A DNA stretch of 64,000 nucleotides, from NCBI RefSeq assembly GCF_000143415.4, contig NW_003314304.1, positions 499,668 to 563,667 of the forward strand. Direction: 5' to 3'. The notes under the pieces are model-generated. The model made no database searches. It saw only the letters and a list, made by a program, of their open reading frames with translations, and was not told the DNA's origin. This DNA comes from Selaginella moellendorffii. Lineage: Eukaryota; Plantae; Lycopodiophyta. Positions 11,221 through 25,608 of the stretch are shown here, piece by piece (the first letter of the stretch is position 1; each line of letters begins with the position of its first letter). The position numbers were made by a program, and so were the translations under genes.

Positions 11221-14200
11221 AGTGGAGCTTCATCAACCTATAGTATATATAAGTTAGTTTTGTTCCATTTTTCCACAATTTGAATTAACACCAGTCTAAG
11301 GCTTCTTCTTTGTTTCCACTAGCTTTTCCTTTTGTCTTTTGCATTTTTTAGTCTTGATCTTGTTGGGGGTCTTAACAATTTGATTTAGATTGTGTTTTTT
11401 CGTTTTTTGCTTTAGCTCGTTTTGATTGTTTGACTACCTTTGCCATTTTCCCCCCTTTTTCTTTCTTCTTGCCAATGGAGTCTCCAAGCCATCTTGATTT
11501 CTTTGCCGAAGTCCTTGCAAAAATCCAGTCTGAGAATACCGAGCTGAAGGTGACCCTTCTTTGCATGCAACAGGAGCTTGTTTCACTTTCGGCTCAAAGA
11601 TCCAGCAAAGTTCCTGAACCAAAGGTGAGTTTTTTGGCGAAATTTTCAAGCAAGCGTTCGGAGCTTCGTGGATTCCTGAACTAGATGGAGCTGATCTTCA
11701 CACTTTAATATCGGTGGTACCCCACTCCCGAGTCTCAAATTAGCGTGATTGGGATGTTGCTTGAAGGTACAGCTTTGTTATGGTTTTCTCCTCTTCTGAA
11801 GAAGAGCACAAAAGGCGTGGTTCCGGAGCTAATGGATCTTCAATTATTCAAAGAGAAGTTCGAAGCATGTTTTGGTGAGACGGATCGGGTTCGGGCTACT
11901 ACCACAAAGATGAGACGTCTCTCTCAGGGGTCTCGTCCTACCTTGATCTATGTTGCAGAGTTCCAACTCCTTGCCTTGGACACTCAGCGGGATGAGCGGG
12001 CCTTGATTGACCAATTTCATTTCGGCCTCAACAACAGTGTCAAGGATTTGTTGCTCACTATGGAGGATCCCAAGGACCTGTCGAACGCCATCAACAAAGC
12101 TGTTCGATGTAACAATCGTCTCTTTGAACGTCGTCAGGAAAGTTGCCGCACTGCTGTTTTTCCGTCCCAGACTTAGGAATCTCAGCTTGAGTCTTCGGGG
12201 CATACTCCTGAACCTACTGCTCCGGTCCCGATGGATATTTCTGGTACTCCTCGACTCATTAGAGGGAAGTTGAGTCCTACTGAGAAGCAACGTCAAATAT
12301 CTCATAATCTTTGCCTCTACTGTGTTGATCCTAACCACAAAGCAGCTGTGTGTCCCAAGAAGCCTCCCCAACTGCTCGAGTTCACTCTGCCTCAAAGTTC
12401 ACCTCTGTTGCAGTCGGGAAACAACCCTGTCCAAACAGAGTAGGAGCTGTCTATTTGGACTCCCCAAATAAAAATCACTTTTCTTCTTTATTAAGCTCCT
12501 CACCACCTTTCATCAAAGCCACCACCAATTCCCACAACTTCCGTGTCCCATGTCCCCTTTCTTTCACCGGACAATCAAGACTCAAGGCTCTGGCGCTATT
12601 GGACTCGAGTGCAACTTCCTACTTCATGGACACGGACTTTGTTGCCTGACATCACATTCCTCTTTCTCCTACCATATGGGATTTGAGGGTTGAAGGCATC
12701 GGTGGGCATTTTGTGTCTCCATCTTCTAGACTTAGGGAAATGTTGCCTGTTTAAGTACACATCGGGTCCACCATCACTGATATTGCCTTCAACATCATCA
12801 ACAACAAGTCCTCCTCTGTGGTGCTCGGTCTTCCTTGGTTCCAACTACATCAGCCTCAGATCTGTTGGAAGGAATTACAGCTCATCTCTCCCACATCACC
12901 ATCTCCCACGGCTTCCCCTGTTGTTCATCGAGTCCAAATCAGGAAAATTTCCCTAAACTCAAATCGGGGTTCTATTCTTGACTCTACAAAGTTTTCACCT
13001 TTTTCTTTTTCCTCTCTTCCATCTTACACTGGACAGTATCCTTGTCTCATCATTCCATTTAGTCGTATGCCTCCTTCTATCTTTACAATCACTATGAAAG
13101 AACTCCTTCATGAAGAATTTATTTTCCTTTTTACTTTGCATGTTTCTCCTGTCTGTCTTCCTGAAAAGTATCATGATTTTGGGGATGTGTTTGACAAAAA
13201 AAAAAAGTTAATGTACTGCTTGTTCAATGGCCTTATGACTGTCCCATTGATTTACAAGAAGGAGCGTCACCTCTGTGGGGGCCTATTTACGGGTTATCCC
13301 CATCCGAGCTTAAGGACCTCAAAAAGTACGTGGATGAGAACTTTGCCCCGGGGTATATTCAACATTTGCAGTCCCCAGCTGGAGTGCCTATCTTCTTTGT
13401 CAAGAAGAAGGATGGGAGTTTGTGGCTAGCCATCAACTACTGAGGTTTGAACAAAGTGACTGTTCGGAACCGTTATCCGCTACCCCTGATCTCAGACCTG
13501 TTGGAACGCCTCGGCGGTGCCCGTTTCTTCACCAAGATCAACTTCCGTGGAGCATACAACCTGATCCGGATCTGGCCTGGTGATGAATGGAAGACTGCAT
13601 TCCGAACCCACTATGGCCACTTCGAGTACACTATCATGCCATTTGGCTTGACAAATGCTCCAGCAGTTTTCCAACACATGGTGAACAACGTCTTTCGGGA
13701 GTTTCTTGATCAAATGGTGATTGTCTACCTCGATGACATCCTCATCTACTCAAAAACTCAGGAGGAGCACGATGAACATGTATGCAAGGTGCTAGCGAAG
13801 CTGCGAGAACACGGCCTATACTTGAAGCTTGAGAAATGTTCCTTCAATCAGCAGTCTGTGGAGTTCTTTGGGTATATTGTCACTCCTGAGGGTATCACGA
13901 TGGATCCTGCCAAAGTCAAGACTATTCTCGAATGGGAGCCTCCACAATCAATGTCGGACGTTCAGGTTTTCCTTGGCTTCGCCAACTTCTACCGCAAATT
14001 CATTGATCACTACTCTGACATTGTCCTTCCTCTCACGCTTCTCACTTGCAAGGATGTTCCCTTCTCTTGGTTTGCTGCTGCCCAGCAGGCCTTCGACACA
14101 CTTAAGGCAGCCTTCAGTTCTGCTCCCATCTTGATCCATGCTGATTCCTCAAAACCTTTCTTCATCGAGGCTGACGCCTCCGACTTTGCCATCGGTGCTA

Positions 14201-15840
14201 TGTTGTCTCAACTCAGAGCAGATCAAGAACTTCATCCGGTTGCTTTCTATTCTCGGAAATTCCAACCTGCGGAGATCAATTACAAAATCCACGACAAGGA
14301 GCTCCTTGCCATCATGGATTCCTTTGGAGAGTGGCGCCGTTTCTTGGAGGGGGTGGGCCATCAAACAACAATCTGGACGGATCACAAAAATCTCGAGTAC
14401 TTTGCCACTTCCTGAGTTTTGAGCCGTCGTCAAGCAAGATGGGCACAATTTCTAAGTTGGTTTGACTTTGTTATCAAGTATAGACTTGGAAAGCTTCAAG
14501 GCCTTCCTGATGCTCTTTCAAGGCGCTTCTATCTCAGTCTCAGGCCTGGTAATCCTGCCTTCGATCAATAGGATCAAGTTATCCTTGGTCCTGATCGGCT
14601 TCAAGTTATGGCAATTTCCTTGGCCCCTCAGGACTCCTCCTTGATGGATGCGATCGGAAACGATCTTCAATCCGATGATCTCGCCAGCAACATTTTCCCC
14701 CATCTTCAGGCTGGACACCTAGTGACTCCCGACTGCCAGCGATTTAACGAGTTCGAGTTCTTACATGGCTTATTGTACCATGGGGAGCAACTTTACGTTC
14801 ATGAAAGTGATGCTCGAAGGTTGGTTCTGATGGCGTGCCACGATAGCCCAACTACTAGTCACTTCGGCATTGTGAAAACCCATGAGCTAGTTGCACGGGA
14901 CTTTTGGTGGCCTCACATGGACGACTACATCAAAGCTTTTGTTACCTCCTGTGACACTTACGCCCGGAATAAGTTACCTCACCACCTTCCTTCATGTTTG
15001 CTTCGTTCCCTCCCAGTCCCTTCAGGTCCTTAGGAATCCATCTCCATGGATTTTTTGAGTGATCTTCCGAGTTTTGGAGGCTTCAGCAGCATTTTAGTTG
15101 TGGTGGATCGCTTCACAAAGATGGCACACTTCTTGCCATGTACCAAGGAGTTTTTGGGCGAGGACATGGCAAAACTGGTATTCAGGGAAATTTTCCGACT
15201 TCATGGGATTCCTACAGATGTGGTTTCGGATCGGGGGCCTTAGTTCATCTCTCATTTCTGGCAATGGTTTTTGCAACTGCTTGGAGTGAAGGCCAACCTC
15301 TCTTCGGCGTATCATCCTCAAACTGATGGATAGTTCGAGCGAACAATTCAGACATTGGAACAATTCTTGAGGTGCTTCATCAACTATCATCAAGATAACT
15401 AGTTCGATATCCTTCCCCTTGCTGAGTTCTTTTATAACAACTCTATTCACTCCTCTTTTCGAATTTCCCCCTTCTTTGCGAACTCTGGCCGAAATCCCCA
15501 ATTCAATCTCTCACTTCCTTCTCCATCCGAATCCTCTCGTTCAAATCCCCACTTTGAGGCATTTGTCTCCAACCTCCAGGAAATCCACAACTCCATCTCC
15601 TTCCACCTCCATCGTGCTCAGGAATCTCACAAAACATTTGTCAATGTCCATTATCAGAATTGTCCCCCTTACAATATCGGGGATAAAGTCTGGCTCCTCA
15701 GGTGAAATATCTCCACCACCAGGCCCTGTCCAAAACTCGATTTCAAACGCCTTAGTCCTTTCCCTATCACTGCCATCATTAATCCTATCACTTATTACCT
15801 TGCACTTCCCTCCTCATATCAAATTCACTCCTCTCAACTT
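11221..15840 (+). mobile_element. Degenerate Ty3/gypsy LTR retrotransposon, chromovirus/sushi (Tcn1-like) type; partial 5' LTR, 3' end lost
   Basis: Gag PEPKVS..KF..RS..RGF, zinc knuckle CLYC..NH....C, protease ALLDSSAT, RT RNRYPLP/KTAFRT/YLDD, RNase H EADASDFAIG, integrase HDSP..HFG, MDFLSDLP and VSDRGP. Domain order is PR-RT-RH-INT; many in-frame stops. Confidence 0.93.
12416..12422 (+). promoter_or_regulatory. -1 ribosomal frameshift slippery heptamer G GGA AAC at the gag-pol junction
   Basis: X XXY YYZ pattern in the gag frame (..QSGNNPVQTE*). The -1 frame (12350-12649) continues into the protease. Confidence 0.75.
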
Positions 15841-16692
15841 GAAGGATGAGAACACCCCCTATACTGTGAACCAGAAAAAAATCTCTTTCTTTGTTCACAA
15901 CCACCATGCTTGTCCCATTGTCCTATGAGCACCACCATATACTCTAGACCATCATATCCATGAGTTGCAAGGCCATGCGAAGGATATTTCTTTGCTCATC
16001 ACCTAGTGAATAACAACGGCAGTAATTTCTGTATCTCTTGTAGAATTTCTGCTATGTTAAAATATAACTTACTTTATAAACTAATACAGAAAAGCTGATA
16101 TAGATGGACTTCTTTGGCAAATAGCCCTAAATAGCCTTTAAGGCTGATCCTTTACAAACGAATTGGTTAGACTTTTGAAAGCAAATTGAAACTTTAGCTT
16201 TATAACCATCTTGTGTTATTTAAGGTGTGAAGAGCTATAAGTCATTTTTAGACTGTGCTTTCAATGTGAGAGTCTAACACTTTTTTTTTAATTATTGAAT
16301 TTTTTTTTAGGATTCAAACGTACTAGATTACCTAACAAAATACTCAAAGCTCTCAAAGCATAGGCAAACTTATTATTGAGCATTTAGCTGACAGCTATTT
16401 GATACAAAATTAAAATAAGAGCATAATTATTTCATTGGTTATATGACTGACTTAGTTGTAGATTGAATTTTCTTTACTTTAAAGAAAAAGGACTTTTAGG
16501 ATTGTGGTAGTAATGAAAGTATACTTCTCTGAACAACTAATTTTGAGGATTGTATTTATTAGTTATGATAAAAATGAGAGACTAATAAGGACAAAAAAGC
16601 TTTTAGTTTCCTTACACATACACCACTTTAACTATTGAATTAACTTTTGATCATGTTTAGTATATACAGTACAGTTTTAGTATATAGTTCGC

Positions 16693-16784
<92 letters not shown>

Positions 16785-18500
16785 GTTTAGTAAACAATAT
16801 TTAGTATTTTAATTAAAAAGGAAGAAAAATAAACTCTAACTTAATAATGTCTATATTTGATGGTCACATAACTCAATTTTATTTTTCATTTGAATACCTT
16901 AAAAAGCCCATATAAATTAATTTCATCATAGTTTTATTTTAGAACTGGATATATATAGTAATCTGAAAATTACAATAAATCACATATTTTCAAGGACATT
17001 AGTGTATATGTAAAATTCATAACTGTAATGAATTATTAAATTTATTTATTTAATAAATTTAAAATATTTAATTAAAATTTTAAGGTATTATTATTATATA
17101 TTTTACAAAAATAGAAAAATAACCTCAAGGATATGATACAAGTATAATATATATAATCTATATAAACTGGAAAGTTAAATGAGCTCTTTAAAATATCACT
17201 AGTAGGAACTTAATAAATAAAAAATATTTTGTGTAAAATAACTTTTATAATTTTTAATAAATAAGTAAAAATTGCTTATGCAACCAGTTTAAACAGCTAA
17301 AAACCTTTAAAACAATGATGATAATCATAAAGTGGTTAGTACACTAAGTTAAAGTATTGCAATTAATTAAAACACTAGGTTAGAGCATCATAATATGTTG
17401 AGATATACTAGAGGCAGTAAATTGTAGTAAATTTAAATAAAGATACTTCCCACTTTTGATTTCTTATAAAGTTAAGGTTTTAAAAGAAAATTAAAAAACA
17501 TTATATGAAGTTTACATAAAAATTAGCATATGTATTAATACTAAAAATCACTTATATTTAAGAAAAATAATAAAATGGTTAGATTGATATTTTAGAAAAA
17601 ATATTTAATTTTTTTTATTTTATATGGATGGTAGGATAAACCTAGAATATGGTTGGATATTCTGGGATATTTTACCATCTAACAGTTAATATTTATTTAA
17701 ATTAATCTTTTACTTATAAACATATTTATAATTTATAAACACCTCCTAGTATATTCTACTTTATTCTACCATTGAAAGTAGAATTAAATTTATGTAAGTA
17801 ACTATCTTAATTAATAGTGTTTAAAGTTATAAATAAGGTAATTATTGATTATATTATCATTAAAAATTAATAAATAAACAAGCGTATGTAAATCTACTTG
17901 TACCTGAATAGCTTAAGGTACACAAGCTTTCATTCATTTTTGGTTTGAAAGTTCTAGAGTTTTTGTAACTTTCCTACAGCAAGCTATAATACAAGCTCCA
18001 AATAAGAAACTTTTACTTGAGGATTCTTTACATCCGGATCTGGTCTGCATCATGGAAAGCCATCAATTTACTCTGGAACTTCCCTCACACTGGTGCTGCT
18101 CAAATCCAGGTATCCACGTTGGAGCCATCAAGTCGGCTCTTGGTACCAAAGACTATTCAACACTAGCTGGCGAGTTATGGATATTGGCCAGCTTAAGTAA
18201 GCTTACTTCCATGTTAAAATCTCAATGTTTCATCTAACACAAACCTCTAGGTGTTTGGCCCGAATCCAAGAGCATAACGAGCGGACAAGGAAGAATCAAG
18301 TAGCAAATTAGTGACAGCTCCATCATAGTGAAAAGCCATTGAAGCAAAGGATTCTTTGCCCAAGGTGGGGATGAAGAGGACTAACTTAGTATATAAGATC
18401 AGGCGGTGGCATAGAGTTCTCGTCTCTCTCATTGAGTTACAGATCAACCCCAAGCACAAGCCATCGAACAGTGCTGGGATCTTATGTTTTGTTGCTACAA
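15841..18500 (-). mobile_element. Possible highly eroded, AT-rich LTR retroelement relic
   Basis: tRNA-Met-PBS-like TGGTACCAAGAGCC on the minus strand at ~18135-18148, next to a TATA-containing block starting TGTAGC at ~18499. Only faint pol-like traces remain in the AT-rich interior. Confidence 0.3.
16695..16779. repeat. (AT)n microsatellite, about 42 units
   Basis: Read directly from the sequence. Confidence 0.98.
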
Positions 18501-18767
18501 TTTGACAGGAAATTCTCAAGCATGGTGTTGTACCGTGGACTAGAAATGCTCAGAGCAAACCCCAGTGCAGTGAATTTGATCAACTGAAAGCTCTTTTATT
18601 CAACACCTCAATAAAATCCACTTTGAGACCAGGTGGAGTTAAACGAATGTTTTGTAGAAAGTTTGGGTACTGCATTATTATGCCGAAAGAGGGCATCTTG
18701 GAAATGAAAGGGATTGAAGCTTGACGCATTGTTTTGCCGCCAAATCTTGTGACCTGGAACATTCTTA

Positions 18768-21590
18768 TCATGTCGTCTGCCACTTGAACTCAGTGCCAAG
18801 AATAAAAACACTTCTGACCGAGTGCTTCTCACTCTTCCATGTCAGTGTTCCAGTTTGTGGGAACTTGGATGAATCAACTGTGAATTGGATCTGGAAACTT
18901 AGAACCTGCAACACGGATTTAAACCTGAGCTGTGGAGGAAACACCGCGACAGTCACTCCCGCCGGAGCTTCTACTGAAATGTTGTAGACCGACTTGCCAG
19001 CTCCAACGTTGGTAACTTTCCTGTTCACCACCGCTTTGGTGGAATTTGGCCCGCCAAACTGAGTGATGGGAACCGCGATGGATGGATAGTTCAACTCCAA
19101 GTAGGAGTCCAGGGGTACACAAGATAAGTTCTTTCCAGTCATGAGCTCCAGCTGATCCCTTGTGTAGTTCCTCGTGCATAGAAACATCGTGTATTCATCC
19201 GGAGATATGTCGTAGACCAGGCCAGGACTAAGCGCTGCGACTGGATCAATCTGTCCGGCTCCCATCACAAATGGTGAAGCTTCTTCCCCATTGTGGTCTT
19301 TGATTGGGCTCTTTGTGTTGTCCAGGAAGCGTGCTACAAACACCAAACAAACGATCAGAGGGAAAACTATTTTTCTTTTGTTCTCTTTGGTACCTGTTGT
19401 CATGAGAGCCGACTTGATGGCTGCTGGACTCCAACTCGGGTGCCTGGATTTGACAAAGGCTGCGGCAGCACTGGCGTGAGAACATGCCATGGAAGTTCCA
19501 GAGATTATGTTGAAGTCGGTGTACATTGGCTTGCCATAACTGTTGATGGGCTGCTCAGGACTCCATGCAGCCAGTATGTCCACACCAGGAGCAACGAGAT
19601 CGGGCTGTAAAGATAAGACTCCCAGTTTATATTAGTAAAACTCTCCTCCAGATACCTTAAGAATGCCATCGTTGGTAATATCAGGTCCCCTCGAAGAGAA
19701 ATCCGCAATGATTGGGGCTGGAGTGGTTTGTATGATCGTATGTGCTGGAGAGATGGTCGCTGTAGTATTCCTTGAGAAAAGTTTAAAAACCGTCAAGAAG
19801 TCTCAAACCAAAAATGCATGAAAGCTTGTGTACCTCGAGTTCTTCAGGTAGGCATTAATCTCGTCCAAGGCGCTCCCAGTGACAGCAGCTCCAGCAAGAT
19901 CAAGGAAGGACACTGCCTCTGTGGTATTTTCAATCGCGAAAATTACTCCAGAGGCACCAAGTTCTTTAAGATGTCGCTGGATGGCCGAGGATGATGCAAC
20001 GCCCGGACTGTAATTGCACACGACAATCTTTCCCTTGACCTTCTTCCCATCCAAAGACCGTCCTGCACATAGGCTTAATGCCAAGTATGTTTTAGTGATA
20101 AGCTTTCATTCAGCTGAAACAGTATCACCTGGCCTGTCCTATTCGATCAGATCTAGAAGAAGCATCACCACCCAAAATAAGCGTTGATATATCAGCCCGC
20201 TTGGGATTCATTGCTATTCCCTGTTATATATACATGACAAAGGAAAAATTCACAAAAAACAATCAAGTACCTGAACGGTTTTAGAGTTTCCAAGTTTGAT
20301 GTCGACCGAGAACTTCCTGTCGATAGTGCTTGCTCCCACTGTCAAAATCCATGGAGCCGAGTTCTCGATGGTTTGGAAGCCTGGACCTCCATTTCCAGCA
20401 GAACATGATACAAAAATTCCCTTCTGCATTGCATGTAAAGCACCAATGGATAAAGCACCAATGGGTATGGAATCCCCGTCATATCCGGTGGTATCTTCAC
20501 CCAGCGATAACGAGAGAATATCTACACCGTCGTGAATTGCGTCGTCGAATGCTGCGAGAATGTTGTCACCCTCACATTCTGGCGTGCAAACCCTGTAGAT
20601 CGCAAGCCTTGCGGATGGATGGCCCCCTCGAGCAACTCCTTTTCCAAGAGTTGTTAAAAAAGTGGCGTCTTTTACCAGGCTTCCAGCGATGGTGGAGGCC
20701 GTGTGAGTTCCATGCCCCTGTTCGTCCCGAGCGTTTTGATAACGGCTCCGCACGTCCGAGTGTCCATAAGATCGAGCTCCTACAATTTTCCTGAAACAAA
20801 TCACAATGCTTGAGAGATGAACCCAAGAGTGATCTTACTTGTTGCAGTGGATCGTGTGTGAATGATTGGTGATTTTGGAATTGTCACATACTCCTTTCCA
20901 TCTCTTTGGCACCGGTCCCATCCCAGCGTCGTCGAAGCTCTTGGACTCCGGCCAAACACCTGGAAGTGGATAATTAACTCGGACGTAAGCTTTTTCCATG
21001 ATTACCAGTATCCAGGACTCCCACAATGACATCCGATCCGGAGCTAGAGTTGAGTTGAATGTGCGGACCACCAGAAAAGCTGTCGAGAAAATCCCAGGAG
21101 CGTGTTGTGTGGAGACTGAGTTTTCTGGAACGGAAAACCTTAACCACGCCAGGAAGCTCTGATAAACCAACACATCAAAACTCGTGACGAAAGCTTCAAA
21201 GAGCGGCATACTTGCAATGGAGTCGGCTTCGGCTTCAGTCAAGAAGGCGGAGAAGCCATTGAAACCGTGCTTGTAGCTGTGAACCAGCGACGATTCCTTG
21301 CTAAACATCAAAAACAGTGAGGAGAAAAGAAAAATTGTTGCAAGAGGATTGTTTCGTACCTCCCCTTGACAGAGGCAAGAATTTGGTGATGAGACGATGT
21401 CACAGCCTCCGGTTTAGAGCTCCTAGTGTGCCCCAAGTAGACAATATATTTGCTAACAGGCTGCCAAAAACACCCAACTTCTTAGAAATCTATCAAGCCG
21501 GAAAAAGGGAAAGATCACCTCGTTGGTTGCGGCAGCAGCAAGAACAGCAAGAGCAGCAAGAGAGAAAAAGACTCGCTCCATCCCAAGCAT
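18768..21590 (-). CDS. Secreted subtilisin-like serine protease (S8; I9 prodomain, PA and Fn3-like domains), multi-exon
   Basis: Signal peptide MLGMERVFFSLAALAVLAAAA; prodomain YIVYLG and HSYKHGFNGFSA; catalytic motifs VGVLDTGVWPES, GHGTHTAS and SGTSMA; C-terminal LNYPSIAV and VTNVG. Confidence 0.93.
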
Positions 21591-21869
21591 CGCTCCAGGG
21601 AAATCGTCTCCCCATGCGGCTCCATTTTAAAGGCTAAAGCGCGGGTGGAAGCTCCAACCACGGGCAAAGGCCACTCCGCCATAAGTCTCGTCCATTTCTA
21701 TCGGATCACGCATCATATCACCAAAATCCAAAGAAAGAACCTCACACGCATCATTCCCGCCAAATAACTTAAACCACTAAACCCGAGCTAGGGCTTTGTT
21801 TTACCGCATTAAAACAAAGACTAGAGTTCCAAAGAGTGTTAAATCACTCGCTCTCGCTCTCGTGTCTAG

Positions 21870-22451
21870 CTAGCTTCTATGACGCCTTTGCTGTGAAGGG
21901 GCCGCAACGCTAGCCTTCTTATAATGCAAAGTTTTTTGATGAGCAGCTTGATTAGGATGTACCCACTGTCCATAAGAAGAATTAGCAGCTGCGGTTCCAC
22001 CACCGCCACCACCACCACCACCACCGCCACTACCAGCGGCACTACTAGCAGAAGGCGGTGGCGGAGGCCCTGGCGGTAGAGGTGGCCGCAAGACTGGAAA
22101 TCCTCCGCCTGGATTCGACGAGCTATCCTGCTGCTGCTGGTGATGACTCCCAAGAACTTGGAGAGCTTGTTGCTGCTGCTGGAGATTTCCTCCACCTGCT
22201 GTTGGTCTTGGCCACTGCATCCCCAGCCCCTCGGACGTCGTCGTGTAAGCCTCGGCCGGCGGCTGGTGAAATCCCCCCTGAGAGCTCTGATAAAGATGGT
22301 GGTGACGAAACGAGGATTCCCCGCCGCCTTGGAGCTGATGGAACGCCTCCAAACCTCCGCCACCACCACCACCACCACCACCACCTGGCATTGGAATGTA
22401 TCCCTCGTACTCAAACTCTGGAAGATCGTTGCCATCTTTGCACTGCTGTTC

Positions 22452-22482
<31 letters not shown>

Positions 22483-25315
22483 AAACCCGGTGGCCCCCCA
22501 TCGTAACCCGGTAACGTCGAACCTGGTAGCACCGCGGTGAGAGCCTGGAGGAGACTGGGATGGAAGCCCGGCGGGAGAAGACCCTCTAGAAACGGAGGAG
22601 GAGGAAGGGCCGACTCGGCGATGGTAGCAGCGGGAGTTGGGCTACAAAGGCTCGATTGCTGGTGCCATTCATTTACAGAATGCTGCTTTACAACACTTTG
22701 CGATTGAGATGGAGAGACGCTCTTCACCCGGGATGGACTGGGATGCTTAGCAGAGGCGAGAGAGGGCGGAGGAGGGGCAGCGATGGTGGCGGTGGCGGTG
22801 GAGGGAGCGGCGGTGGAAGAACTGGACTTGCCTCGGGAGTGCTTACTGCTGGGAGCTCTGGACGAGCCTCTCTTACTCTTTTCGGCGGACGACGGCTTTC
22901 TACTCTCCGAGGAGCTCTTGTCGGAGGGATTCTTCCGCCAGACGACGCAGCCCACTAGCACCTCGCTCTTGTCCTTGGGGAGATCGGCGCTGGGTTTTAA
23001 CCGACCGTTTTCAGTTAAGAATTTCCAGGTTGCCTTTCCAGGGGGGAAGAGATAAAGCTCGTAGCCCGTCCCAGGCTCCACATAGCCCACACGCTCTCCT
23101 TTCTCATATTGATCGGCAACCTGTGACAAAACAAAGAGAGCTCCTAAGTGAAGTTCCTTACACACGCAAAAGACATGGGAGCTTCTTCGTACCTCTTTGA
23201 GAAGTGAAAGCGAAGACGTAGCCATGTCACTCGAGTAAAAAGACATCACCTACGTAACAAAACGCACGCAGGAACAAACATTAAAAAGCTTGACCAACCA
23301 ACGTAAGGATCTTGCTTTGCAAACATACCGTGACCGCTCTGGATTTCGAGTTACACAGATCCTTGAGAAACTTAGCAAGAGGTCCCAGCTTCACTCTTCC
23401 TTTCACTTCAAGCTGCTTCGGCCACGCGTCTAACTTCACGTCGTGACGTCCACTGCCAAATCCGAAGGAAACAACACCGTCAATAACCTTGTTGGTGATT
23501 GAGATCAAACAAGTCCTAAAAAAGAAAAAAGAACTTCCAGATTCCTCCACGAAGCGTTAGCGACACGAATGCAGAAAAGAAAAGAGAAAACAAACCCGAG
23601 TCTCGAGTCTAACCTTCTAAACATCCCGTGCACCGCTGTCGAGCGAGTCCCAGTGAGTTGCAAGCTCCCCTCCCAAAGCTGTAAGTTAAGTGGCTTCTCT
23701 TCCCCGTTTATCGGCGATTGCTTTCTCGATGGCGAGCTGCTTTTGTCATTTTGCTTGCGCTCGTTGTCACCTAGCTTCCTTTTCAAACTATTCCCTGCTG
23801 TCGTCGTAGCACTGCCACTAGCCTTTTCGTCCGCCTTGGAACCATCTATCGCTTCCGTAACTTCTTCCCCCTCTTTCTTTACGTCCACGGCCTTTGTGTC
23901 TCCTCCAGTAGTACACCCCAAGGACTTCAAAAACCCATCCATAGACATAATTTCGGGCAACCCCTTGAAATCAGACACATCGAGTAGTGGAGGATCACTG
24001 CTAGCTTCAAAACTCTCGCCGCCAGCGGCACCACCCTCGTCTGGAATCGTGTCGCCAGTGTCGCTGAGGAGCGGCGGCGCTTCCACCGCTTCTCTCGCCG
24101 CTGACACCATCGTAGCATCAGTCGTAGCATCATCAGCCTCCTTAGCGTCGACCATCTCCGCATCTCTTTCCTTTCCATCTACAACTTTCTCGTCTGCCGT
24201 TTCTTCTTTCTCCTGAGTTCCCTCTTCTTCTTCTCCCTCTTTCTCTTCTTCATCTTCAGACCTCTCTTGAGCAGCATCTTCACTGGCGCTAGCACTCACG
24301 TCCCCACCCTCGACTTCCTTCACCGGAGCAACCGGAGCGTCACTGTCCACCTCCATGATAATCTCCCCCTTGTGGGTCTTCTTCACGATCTTGCTGGGAT
24401 TCACATCCTCGTCGGTGATCACCACCTTCTGCGCGCGCTCCTCCGCCTTGGCCATCCTCCACTGCGACAGCTCCTTGGACGCGAGCTGCTCGATGGTCAT
24501 GGAGCAAAGCTGCTCGGGGCTCACCTCACCGACGAACACACGGGCCCTCAGATCTGGGTTGTTCTTGTCCTTGAGATTGAAAACCAGCGACCTCGCCTTC
24601 TCCTTGTACTTCCTGTTCACGGCTTTGAAGACCCGCAGCAACTCGATCTCTATGTTCTTGGAAACCAGCCTCGCGTGCTCCGTCACCCTTTCCTCCCACC
24701 GAAAGCCCAGCTCGTCACTATCCATCCTCATCCTCTTGCTAGGAGAAGACGACCCCTTGCCACCGAAAACTTGGAGCTTGGAGCGCTTGGCATGCGGGAC
24801 TAGCGACTCCTCCACCACCATTGGAGGTGCCTCGAAGTCGTGGTTGGAATCCACAACGCCACCACCATTGAGAAACGCCAGGATCTTTTCTTTCGGGTGC
24901 TCACCAGCGACCATCTTGAGAGCCTCCGTCAAAGAGTCCCGGAGCTTGCTTCTAATGGCATCGGGTCCCTGTGGAGCGGCGATTTGGGGGTTCTTCTCTG
25001 CTACAGTGGAAGAGGGCTTTCTCTCCTGGACGTAAACGGGGACCGTCATCACCGGGCTGGAGAATGGATCCATCATGATGCCGTAAGATTCCCACGGCAT
25101 CGTCGGCTGCGGCATGCCATAGCCGGGGAACTGCTGAAAATCCTCCATCTACGCGAGAAGAAAACAATCAGACTAATTCTCCAGCCAATGGAGAGAAGGG
25201 CTTACCCTCAGAAAAGGCTGATTCTCGTCGCTCGGCATTGCGTCCTGGAAAGAGAACACGCTCGCTCGTAAACCCTACCAAGAACGAATCGATGATTCCA
25301 TAGCGCACTTACCAT
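21870..25315 (-). CDS. TFIIS-central domain plus SPOC domain protein (BORDER/PHF3/DIDO-like) with a low-complexity Q/G/P tail; start approximate
   Basis: TFIIS-M: KYKEKARSLVFNLKDKNNPDLR..LASKEL and VKKTHKGE. SPOC: WEGSLQL, WPKQLEVKGRV and ELYLFPP. PolyQ/polyG C-terminus. Confidence 0.88.
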
Positions 25316-25608
25316 TGCGAAGATCTTTGCGGCAGTCAGCCCGCCGCCTCCATTGATTCGCGACGATTCGCGCCCGCAACGTAGCCCCGCGAAGAAAAAG
25401 ACGAGGCGGCTATGGCGACGAATCGAGATCACTTAGCCCTAACCGTACCCCCGGCAGTGCCGTACCAGATATTTGCCGACTAAACAGAATATTCTATTGC
25501 AGAACATAATATTCGAATACCAGACGGAATATCCATGCGAATCGTCGCGACCCTTGGGAGATATTGCGCGACATCTAATAAAATCCGCGAGCGATCGATC
25601 GATCCGCC

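Noticed and set aside
11280-11310. Primer-binding site or self-priming structure after the chromovirus LTR end
   Set aside because: No TGG-initiated tRNA complement, and no convincing complementarity in the surviving partial LTR.
21866-22958. Overlapping and antisense ORFs with polyS/V/H/T/L tracts
   Set aside because: Alternative-frame shadows of the CAG/GGT triplet repeats in the SPOC gene tail.
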